From contig OZ037768.1 of assembly GCA_964035545.1 (NCBI GenBank), positions 10,386,741 through 10,450,740 on the forward strand: DNA of 64,000 nucleotides, given 5' to 3'. A program made the position numbers and the translations under genes. This document shows positions 10,301 to 21,412 of the stretch, one piece after another (the first letter of the stretch is position 1; each line of letters opens with the position of its first letter). The notes beneath the pieces are model-generated. The model saw nothing but the letters and a program-made list of their open reading frames with translations. It was not told the origin of the DNA and did not search any database. Origin of the DNA: Bugula neritina. Lineage: Eukaryota; Animalia; Bryozoa.

Positions 10301-13089
10301 AAGTATAGGCATTCTACTCATTGTATATTTGTATGTTAGTATGGTAAATATAAGGTAAAATATGGAATATATAGCATAATTTTTATCTTCCATATACAAC
10401 CAATTTGCACTTTAAGTTATGTATTCTATTTTCACATAGGTATTTTGCCAAGCTTTGGTTGCCTGACATTGGATTTAGCAATGCTAGGGGAGGAGCAATA
10501 CACACAGTGACGGAGCGAAACATTGGTGTCATGCTCAAACCCGGTGGTCAACTTCAAATGACCTCTAGGTTGGTTTGATAAGTATCATAGTATATGCTGC
10601 ATATCATAATTGTAAATATTGCCAGAGTCTACAGCACACTTATATGAATATAAGTTATATTTCAAAATCTGAGATATTGTAGGGTGGTGACAACATGCAA
10701 TTCAGTTAATACAGTTTACTTATTCATAAACCAGTTTCACATGCCTTGAAACCAAATAGCTGTATACAATGAAGGGCATGCGTTCATGTGTGTGTGCTTG
10801 CGTGCGTGTGTGCGTGCAAGAGTGCATGTGATAATATATTTCTGTTTATGGTTTTGACAGAGTTGCAGTTGATCTCTCATGTGAAATGGACTTCACTTTC
10901 TATCCTTTAGATACTCAGCTGTGTGAGCTTCAACTGCAAAGCTGTAAGTGCTGGTCACTAATTTTTCTTTCAACTATGTGCAATATGTTGAAATAAACTG
11001 GAATAATGCTTGCATTGTGCTATATGTATTGACACATATTATATTTTTCCTATATTCTATTATAGAAATCTATAAATTATGTTTATATTTATATATTTAT
11101 ATTTTTAACTAAGCTTTTAAAATTTTGACTTAAGAAGTTGAGTCAAAGTTTGATGTTTATTTTCTATAAAATTTTAGCTCAATTAGATAATTTCAAACAG
11201 ATCACATTATATTTAAAACATGGCAAAGTGTATATTTTATGTTTAGATTATTTTGTAATGAGAAAGTCCTATAAAATAAACTATGTTATTTGTACCATGA
11301 CGGTATTTAGGGAGATACAGCAAAGAAGAGCTGAGTATATCATGGGACAACAAAGCACCCTTCACCATAAAAGACGGGGCCACAATAAGCCTCCCTCAAT
11401 ATAATGTGAATTTGAATTTAACTGGAAACCTTTACAGACTTCTTGAAATTGGCAATGCACCCGAATGTGTCGAGACATATAAAAGTAATCCCACTGACAC
11501 TATTATTGCAGCTGCAATTATTATTTATTAAATATTATATCTATCCTCAATTTACAATTTTACACATTTGACAAGGCTCTAGATTGATGCACTTCTAAAC
11601 AAATCTAAATACTATGCTATGCAGCTAACAAGTAGTGAATTCTTTATAGTTTGAATACATTTTTGAATGAAATTGTAGCTTTATTTAGAGTTGTCTTTAC
11701 ATGTTTATAATTATCTGATACTGGCTAAAGCATCATAATTTTTATTATAGTAAAACAATTATTATTTATTTTAATCTCTCAATTAATTAAGATTTTTGTA
11801 GTGTTTAACTTTCAGTTGAAGAAATTTGTTTGAACAATTAAGATATTTATAGAGCCTTATTTAGATATTATATATTATGGTTCTAATGCAACTAAAAATT
11901 AACTGTCAATGAGTAATATTTGTGGCAGTAAAATAATTAATCAATAATGATTATTTTGTTTATTATATTTTATGAAATTTAATCTATATTGATCACCATT
12001 GTGTGTTACATTTTAGCACCAAGTTTTGGCTATGGGAGTTATGACTGCCTGGAGTTGAAATTCATTTTCCAACGAAAGCTTAGCTTCTATGCTCTAGATC
12101 TGTATGTCCCCTCTGCGCTAATAGTATTAGTATCTTTTGTGGCTCTCTTTATTGACTACAATATTTTACCAGCAAGGTATGTGAAGTAACACTAGGTTAG
12201 ATCTAAAACAGAAAAAAGTGCAAATTTCATATATAATTATAATAATTTGAAAATAATGGTGTGTGAGTATAAATTGCTCTGTCAGCAAAGCATGATCAAC
12301 TTTTTATCACAGTTGCTTCTTTTGCTGTTTGCTTATTGCAGCCCGTCTGTATGCCTATTTTATCATTTTTTTCAAATGATATTCCACTTGGGGTTTTTTT
12401 CTCATGCGTTTAAATATCATTTTGCATTGATTATAGCTAAAGTTCTTCATTGTAGAATAGTTACAGGGTCGCTATCAATAACAGCCACAACCAACATATT
12501 ACGCTCATTGAAGAGACTCACTCCGCCTGTCTCCTACGCCAAGGCGGCTGATGTCTGGATATGGACGTGTCAATTTTTTGTCTTTGCCGTCTTATTAGAG
12601 CTCGGAGTTGTCAATGTGGTCAACAGAAAAGTCAAAAAGTTCCATAAAGAAGAACACAAAGTGAGTCTTGCTGTTTAATCAATTTGGAAGCTTTTATTTT
12701 GAGTTATTATGCATACTTGTAGTTTAATTTTAAAAGATAAATAAGTTACATAATAAACTTGTTTACAAGAATTTTAGTGAAGCAATTAAAACTATATGAT
12801 TTTTTTAAAACTTAGTTCAAGTGTATCTATTTATTTTTCCTCACCTACCTGTATTTACCTATAACCCGTAGTTACTTACTCATCATTTTATCTTTCAACA
12901 TTATTTCTCTAGGGGAAAGGGTTTTTCCTCAAAAGTCACCCAGCAAAGGTTGTGGACAAAGTTTCAAGAGTTTTCTTTCCAGTTAGTTTTATACTGTTTA
13001 ACATTGTGTACTGGAGCTACTTCTACTCGAGATCAATGTATAATCATGAATATACAGATATAATTCGGGATAAATTATTGCATCTCTAA
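7319..13089 (+). CDS. Cys-loop ligand-gated ion channel subunit B, anion-channel branch, 9 exons, 424 aa
   Basis: Exons 7319-7398, 9799-9911, 10149-10302, 10440-10568, 10861-10943, 11311-11484, 12017-12176, 12456-12660, 12913-13089 total 1275 nt. Signal peptide MMRIMFSSIMTWCLLVLAAQPLQA, WKDYRL, LWLPDI, Cys-loop CEMDFTFYPLDTQLC, loop-C Cys pair, PAR motif, PPVSYAKAADVW, VDKVSRVFFP. Confidence 0.92.
7832..9582. mobile_element. Non-autonomous hAT DNA transposon (1751 bp) in intron 1 of subunit B
   Basis: Perfect 14-bp TIR CAGGGATGTAGTGG / CCACTACATCCCTG; perfect 8-bp TSD CAAGTCGG (7824-7831, 9583-9590); repeated subterminal GTATGGYCTAGAA motifs; GC-rich subterminal hairpin 9478-9545; no transposase ORF. 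Confidence 0.93.
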
Positions 13090-14127
13090 AACAATGGTTT
13101 AGCTTAAAAAATGATGAGTTTGAAGAAAATAATTAACTTATTATTCTAACATATACGTTTTATTTAAAAATAAATTTTTTTTTGATTTATATATCAAACA
13201 CACTTTGCAAATGCTGCAATAAAAGTTTTAAGAATGATGCGCATCCAGAGTAGTTTTTAGTTGTAAAAAGTAAGTTGCTTTGCCAACAGTAATGCCATTC
13301 TTTTAATAAGCAGTCCAATTGAAAAGTTTGCTACAGTTTATTCTAATAGACTACTGCACATAACTAAATTTGACTGTAAATAGAATTTATATAAAGTAAT
13401 ACAGAGGTTATAGTAATTTTTGTACGTTTGCTGTAAAAATTTTGCAAACTAAAGCTATTTATTGGTATAGGCTGCATCTTAAAAATACATTAGACAACTT
13501 CCATATGTCATACATTTTCAGAATTAATTATTGGAGTTACTTTTTCTATGGGAAAGTGCACAATGTTGCTGCTAATGGAAAATAATTAATATTTTCTATT
13601 TAATAATGTTAAAAACTTTGTATAGACAATTACATAAAAAATTAAACAAAAATGTCAATTAGCAATTGTTAGAGTGATTTTGACAAAATAAACTTTGAGC
13701 GACAGCTTTTTTTCCTAAAAGTATTTATGATTATATTTGTAACATTTAAGCTATAGATTGAAATTTCCTATTTCTATCAACTCTATGATTAGTTATATTA
13801 TAGAAAATATGTTTCATTAAAATTCTTGCATGTAACACTTTCCCTCAAAAAAATGGAGACATCTCTAAATAATTTAGTAAAAATAAAACTTGAAAGTTAC
13901 GTAGTAGAAACTTGGCACATTTCCTGTATGGTTACTAGCTGTAGCTTTTAGGAGTTACTATTCCTGCGACATACACAAATAGATTGCAAATCTTAAGAAT
14001 TGTAAAAAACTGCATCAGCAAAGGTATATTAAAGTTATAAATAGAATGCATCAATGCAGCTAAATTGTAATTCAATAAGTTGGAGTATGAGGGTAAATAA
14101 CTTTTGATAAGGATTCGAAAATGGAAA

Positions 14128-14335
14128 TAACTCACAAAAGTTTATAGTCATTATCCCTGTGAGAACCCCTGATGGAAAGAAGTTTTTAAAGGGGGCTAGA
14201 AACTTTTTCATATGTGGCACAGGAGCAATTATGACTAGATGCTCTTCCTAACATCACCAATGGCCTTTACCGGGTTTGAGCCCATGACTTCGTGTTTACT
14301 AAGGCAACGCTCTAACTCCTAGACCACAGCTGCTC
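14128..14335 (-). mobile_element. tRNA-derived SINE, family A
   Basis: Minus strand begins GAGCAGCTGTGGTCTAGGAG (A box) ... GGGCTCAAACCC (B box); collinear with 18695-18906. Confidence 0.75.
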
Positions 14336-16964
14336 ATTGTTTTGAAAATGGAACTAGTTTAGTTGCTTAGTGCAGTATAGAAACATCATATAACTGTGAT
14401 TGCAGTATATTGTCAAATCATGGTTATATACCCAACTGCACTCTCTTTAACATTCTATCATACTACTATTGTAAGAATATTTACATGGCTAAAAGAATTA
14501 CAGCAAAGATATGTTAAAGTCTGCATTTTAGAAATATGTATAGTTTCACTCAACTCCATTAATTATTGCCTAAAGAATTTTGTTTATGCTGTCTACTACT
14601 AATCTGTCAATGACTCTACTCTTTCAAGCAAAAACTGCATCAAATTTATAAAAAATCAAGGTTAAAGATTTGTAAACTATCACGTTTCTACTGCGTGTCT
14701 CCTGAAATGTTGAGTAACAAATGAGAGCTCAAAGGGTGAGCAGCTGCTTTGTCAACGTCACAACTTAGCAGCGTTTGCTCATTGTTGTTGACACCACTCT
14801 CTCACATGTTGCCGTGTGTCACCAGCAGACGCAAGGCATCTTCACTTATAGGATGCAGACAAGTCAAAACAATCTGGTTATTGACTTGTTGCTAAAAACA
14901 GTTATTTCGAAAACTGTAATAGTTTGTTTGAAGCTACTTTATGAATCAAACTAGAAACAATAAGGATAACTCTAAACAAACTTAATTAAATAATTTGAAT
15001 ATAAAATAGCTTATGAGCAATACGATAATATGTGTAGGGACTAGTATGTAATCCTTGTATTTGGCAAAACTAATAAAAATAGAATTTTGATAATTTACTT
15101 TGCAAAAACTATGAGATCTTGAATTACAATAACCTCCCTTACTCCAAATTCAATGCAACTTATGGCCCACAAATTGACCTAATGAAAGTATATTAATTAT
15201 GCATAAATTTTTAGTAAGGCGATATGATTGATATTAAAGTGCAATTTTTCTCTTTAAATGTAGATATCCTATACATGCATGTAAAGTGTATAAGACAAAT
15301 ACCCCATTATTTATTGTATCCATAATTACTACATGAAAATCACCCTATTTGCACCTGAAAAAGTGTCTTTATATTTACTTTCCAATTTACCATCTAGCTT
15401 TTTGCAAATAAGATTAATTGAAAAATGTCTTAAGCTCAATTAACAGTTACATGAAAAGTTATCATTTCTAAAGTAAACTGAAATGTGGCAATGCTTGCTT
15501 AAAATTTAAGTTAATATAATCTTCACCTTAATTTAAGTTGATATTTACATTTAAATCAAATTTGGTTCAAAAGGTATAAGCATGGGCATTTGTATTTTGA
15601 TTTGTTGCATAATATCTGATATTTCCAAAAGGAAGATTTTGGTTATTTATTTTTCATGTGCAGCACTTTTATTTGCAGGTAGAATTAAGCAATATCTTTG
15701 CACTTGTTTTTTGTATAAGATTGTACCTATATTCACTCAGATCAAAACAGGTCACACACAGCTTACAGGTCATTAGAGAGAATCAATTTTTCATAAGAGC
15801 TTCAACAGCACTTCTCAGTATAAGTACATGTGTAGTTTATCAGCTATGAAAGTCTTTCTGTGGTTGAGTGGCACGGGATCTAAATTATTCTATCAAATCT
15901 TGGCCAACCATGCTCATTTTTCTTGTAGCAACAACAGCTTGTTTGTTATCAATATACTTGAGTTTGAATGACATTGGTTGACAAAATACTTGATTGTAAT
16001 TTCTGACACCTGTAACAACTTGTCCTTGCAAGTCTCTAGACACTCTCCATGAGACTTTTAAAAAGATGACAAATGAAAAACATAGGACTTTTCTGAAAAG
16101 GTCGGGTTTGGCAACTAAAAGTAAAGAAATAATTTATGCAAAATGCAGTGTAACTTTTATTTAAACTATGAGGTTTTGCATTGCTTAAAAATTCCTACAA
16201 ACCATTGCGATGCGCATTACAAAAAATAGATGTATATCAGTATAGCATACATGTTATTTAACGATATGCAAAACTATTATGCTAACTTTTTGTTTGCATG
16301 TTCAGCCTTATAAAAGCTTTGCATAAATAACATTTTCCAAATTTCGAAATTACAAAGACACAAATAAAATCTCATGAGCTAAATTATTAAATAATAAAAT
16401 AATAAAATAATATGGGGGGAGCTATTAAAGTGTAAAGTTTGAAATTGAGAAGCGGACACATCAAGTTTGTATACCAGTTAGCTATTTCCAACAACTACAT
16501 TTACTATGTGTATGTGAGTCTGTGTTGGGGTTTGTCTGTGGGTTGGCATTTTTATGTGACATGAAGTCTTTAGGCAGCCTTATAAGTTATTTTTAGTACT
16601 AGCCCTAAACACTCATTGCTTAGTGATAGTTCATAAAAGTACTCTTAAACCACGTTCTAACGTCCCATTTATACAAAATTGTGGTCACTTTTTTATTGCT
16701 AGCTATATCACAAGCTCTCAGTGGTTCTTATCCACTTATAACAGTACATGGCTGAAAATAAAATGTAAATTTTCAGCTGTGGCCATATATTAATCAATTA
16801 ATTATTCATTATTATGTGCGGTACCCCCAAAAGTGTGAGTAAAATTCTGTAATGGCCTTTAAGTTATATCTTTCAGATGTTATGCTACATGTGGGAAGTT
16901 CTTTATAGCTCCCTGTAATTCCTTCATTTCATCCAAAGTGTTGAGAACAGTCAGCAATATGTAT

Positions 16965-17275
16965 TTATAATATATATAATGTGTTGTATATTACTGTGAA
17001 TATTATATATTATAGATTATATATCGTGATACATATATTATATGAATTATATATAGCATATGCTATATATATTGCAAATTGTATAACAGATGTTATGTAA
17101 TATATACTATAATGTGTTATATTTTACATACTTATTTTATTTCATATTACATTATATATATTATATATTGAAAATATTACATAATAGCTATTATATAATT
17201 TATATTATAGGTTTAATGTTATATAATATATTAAGTTAAATATTATATGAGATGTGATATATATTATATATTGAA
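16965..17275. repeat. AT-rich low-complexity (TATAT/TATTA) tract
   Basis: Near-pure A/T with about 5-bp periodicity. Confidence 0.8.
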
Positions 17276-18694
17276 TTTTGTGCAGTAGGCAAATTACCCG
17301 GTACTTCTAATTGCAAACATTCCGCTGATAAAGTCATAAGTATGCAAAAACTTTCTTTGTGCTAAACAGTGTAATCTCTTGTCCACTCATGTCAGGAAGT
17401 TTGATTTTAATTGAACTGTCAATATATTCTCATCAAAAAATCAATTCATGTGGATTCTACATATTTTTTATGAACGAACTGTGTAATCATAAGTAAGGCT
17501 TTAATGATAATCTTTTTTTTCTATTTTTAGCTATATTTCTGAGCTGCAGAATAGTATTTTTTCACAGTTTACAAATCACTATCTATAAATGTTTATAAAT
17601 CTCTATAAAAAAATAACTGGTAATATGTAACTGCATGTTGAAGAAAACCATGTATCTGCTTATGTTTTGTGGTAGTTACAGCATAAATCAAATAAATTTG
17701 TATTTCTATAACATAAAATAAAATATTTCAAGTCCCAGTGTTTTAAGTAGAAAGCATAGACAATATCACGTTTGGCTTTGGAAAGGTTATTTTTATCCAA
17801 TTTACAGAATTTTTATGAATAAGCAGTAGTTGAAGGCACTTATAAATTCCAATCGTTCCAACCTAAAGTTTTCACACACACAGTCCAAAATAATATATTG
17901 CTAACGGATGTTTATATATAGTTTAACTTCCCGTAAAAGCAACAATAAAAGAAACTTTTTACGCAGCTCTCACAAGCGGGTTTAAATTTGGGTAAAATAA
18001 ATGCCCAAGAGCTTATAAGTAAAATTTCTACGGCTTTACAGCTTACTACTAAACTTATTTATAATGACAGCTAAAGCTTCTAAACTCTGTTGAGTTAAAA
18101 GTTTTAAGACAGATAAAATTTTATTCCTGCAACAAACGCGACGTACAAGAACGGATTTATTGCAAGTTGTTTCTCGGAACTAGTTGTGTGAATGAACAAG
18201 CCGGATTTGTTTGGTCAACCACAGAGACAAGCCAGTGAGTGTATCTAGCTGTCATCAACTCTCACACAAGTACAAATGGATTATGCATCCCAGACATAAC
18301 AGATCCATTTTCTGAGAACCATAACCGAGTCTCGAATACATGCTCAGGATATAATTCTAAACCAACGGAAACAAAAATGAAAAGTTGTTGAAAAGTAGTC
18401 AATCATTTGCTGGCATGTCCAAGTGATGATAGCCATCTTTAAACGTTATTAAATTTTGGCGCCAGCGTTCCGAACTGCAAATTTTGCAAAGCTACAGCGT
18501 GACTTTTAAACTATCAAAGAAAAACAGGTTTTTGGCTGTGTAATTGATAAGCTTTTTGAACATTTCATTAATCAACCAGCCACTAATTATCCAATATTAA
18601 CTAATGCATTATTGAATCTGTTTTGAGTCTATATCACCCAAGTACACTAATAAAATCTTTTACAGTTCAACTAATACTACATTGAACCAAAAAC

Positions 18695-18906
18695 AAACTC
18701 ACGAAAGTTTATAATCATATCTCCGTGAGAAAATCTTTGATGGAAGGGTTTTTGTCAAATCGGGCTAAGCATTTATTTAGATGGGGCACAAGAGCAATTG
18801 TGGATGTTCCTCCTAACATCACCTCAATGGCCTTTGTTAGGTCTGGAACCCACGACTTCGTTAGTGCTTACTAAGCTAGCCTTTAACCCCTAGACCATGG
18901 CTGCTC
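18695..18906 (-). mobile_element. tRNA-derived SINE, family A (second copy)
   Basis: Shares AACTCAC..AAGTTTATA..GTGAGAA..GATGGAA..GGGCTA..TCCTAACATCACC..AATGGCCTTT..CTAGACCA..GCTGCTC with 14128-14335. A head-only relic lies at about 24470-24545. Confidence 0.75.
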
Positions 18907-19402
18907 CCTCTACATAAGACCAAGGAAATTCAAAAAGTTTAAGAAACGGCAGAGGTGACCCATCACAGTGTCAAATACATGCTAATAAAACATTTATATA
19001 ACTCTTTTAGCCAAAAGCTGAAGAGATTGTTATTGTTTACACAGCTGTAGGTGTTAGGACCTCTATACCTTTACACCTTCATTTACTAGAAACCAAAATA
19101 ATTTCAATTTTACTATCAGAAATGTTTTAAAGTTGTGAAAAGCTAGGTTAATTAGTTTTTAATTTTATCAAAATACATATCTTTTTATAAATCATAATCT
19201 GTTAGCCAAAATAATACTGATTTTGCCTGCTTTGTTAGCTTAGTGTATTCCAAGTCTGTTTCATTTCATTATTATTATAGGCTGAAAACCTTCATGGCAT
19301 TTTCTGTCTTACAATCGCTTATAAAATAAATAATTTTTAGTGTATTTCCAGATACTTCATGGAATCACCAGAGGCTAATTGACAAAGATTATTGATATTC
19401 TG

Positions 19403-19550
19403 TAGTGTTGAGATTACCCAGCAGCTCCTGTGGTGTAACGCTTATCATGCCAGCTTGTAAGTCGAATCTGCGGTTCAAATCTCAGTAAGTGCGGATTTTG
19501 GCCTTCATATTGTGATGTAGTAGTAGTACTCAGAGAGAGCTGAAATAGTT
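19403..19550 (+). mobile_element. Repeat family B with tRNA-like segment
   Basis: TAGTGTTGA.ATTACCCAG.AGC..GTGTAACG..GGTTCAAATC..GTAGTAGTACTC.GAGAGAGCTGAAA shared with 23598-23756. Confidence 0.65.
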
Positions 19551-20118
19551 GTTCTATAGGTAACTCTGAGTTGGGGTGACTGAGTGCAATAGTTTGAGAT
19601 TCTAGAGTCACCGTAGGGCCACACGAAGCGTTTTAGCCGTTTAGCCCAAAAATGGGGCGTTACTTTCGAGATTTTCATGCGTCTAACATGCTGAGCGAGA
19701 AGTGCGGGAAGCTTGTGGGTGTTTGATCTAATCGGCTTATTATCATTTAGCGAGCACACTTTTTTATTTCAATTCACGTTTTAGCTTTTAGCGAACTGAA
19801 TTAAAACAGTTTCATATAGTTTGCATTTCTGCTATTAAAATGTTTACTTTGACAATGACGTAGTTTTAAAAACAAACGTCTGTAGGTGAGCAGTAAAGTT
19901 TAACACTAACATCATTAGCTAATAAATTTCCTCACTCGCAACACACGCATTGTGTGTGACATGTCTAAACGGGTTTTTTCGCATGTCACACGCATGTAAA
20001 ACGCTTCGTGTGGCCCTACGCTTAGTCATTCCAAGTTTCAATTTAAACCCCAATACCAATCTCGAGAATCTCAAACTATTGCACTCAATTACCCCTAACT
20101 CAGCGCTTCCTATAGAAC
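19551..20118. mobile_element. Foldback/MITE with two tiers of inverted repeats
   Basis: Outer imperfect IR 19551-19607 / 20061-20118; inner perfect 24-bp IR CGTAGGGCCACACGAAGCGTTTTA 19612-19635 / 19997-20020. TSD not resolved. Confidence 0.8.
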
Positions 20119-21412
20119 GCTTCGATTTGAGATTAGGGGAGCCTAAGAACTGATTGAATTGTAAGGGGGGGGGGCAGAAGAGTTCTAGAGAACTGGGTAG
20201 AATGTAGTGTTTAGATCACCCTTAGCCCTTGTTGCATAACGGAACACAACAGGGCAAAAAGTTGGCCTTAGTAGACTGTGTATAGGAGACCCAAAAGCAC
20301 TCTTATTTGCTATCAATAAATTATCATCCCATAATGTTTCCTCAAATATACCTGTCAGGTTTTGTGGTGAATATTGTTATAAAACTATTTTATTATGCCA
20401 AGATTAAAACAAAGGTTACCACTTGCATGATAGATAATAAGGGTTGGTATATGAAATTAATGTTAAATGACTTGCGCAACACTTTTTCCTACAAACTATT
20501 GCTTATAGCTTCAGAAAAAATCCTACTTTCTGTACTCCACAAAGCTATCAACATTGGTACAATACTGGTGAGCTTAAAGTAAAAATTTTCTTGAAACTGC
20601 AACTAAATTTGCAAAGGGGATCCAACACCAAAACTACTATCTGACTCAAAAGTTATTAACTTGGGTTAAATTAAAATAAGTGAATGGCTCAAAAAATATA
20701 TACTGTAGAGTTTATACTGTAGAGTTTTAGATCAACAGCTTCAACTTATGGACTAATGAGTCCCTGTACTGCAACACCAATACAGCTGTCTGCTGTCATT
20801 ATAGTAACATGTATTACAAGTATAAGAATCTCAGGTAAACTACATTAAAACTTAGAAAAACTTAAACTCAAAAGTAATTCTGATATTGTAAAATATATTT
20901 GGTATTTTGTACAAAAATAAATGAATATATTACCAGTTTTATAACAAAAATATATATTGAGATTCACAAAAATAGTAAATATAAAATATACAATGAAAAG
21001 AGGCTAGTGTTTTAGATTTAACATCATTTGATTGTAGCATGATATTGAATCCAGATTGTACTACCAAATCATAGACAAACAAGAAAAATGAAACATAATT
21101 GATGCCCGTGACTTGAGAAAAGTTATGTACATATATTACTTGTAAATAGACACCTAGTATACAAAATTTATATTCAAATGTATTAAAGATTTTATTATTT
21201 CATCTTTAGTGCTATACATATTAACAAAATGAAATATCAAAGTCTTTAATATATTCTAATATATAAAATTTTATAAGCAGAACCTAAAAAACAATTCAAA
21301 TTCATAGATTTATTATGCATATTTGTATACTTGTAGTATATATGTTGTTATATGCACATACAACATATATACTACAAACATACGTAATAAATTTGTGAAC
21401 TTGACTTGCCAT

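Noticed and set aside
15750-16060. Coding-looking stretch on the minus strand
   Set aside because: Short open frames without recognisable motifs or a consistent exon chain.
18070-18430. Coding-looking stretch with a GTGAGT donor
   Set aside because: No partner exons or recognisable domain; possibly a decayed TE.
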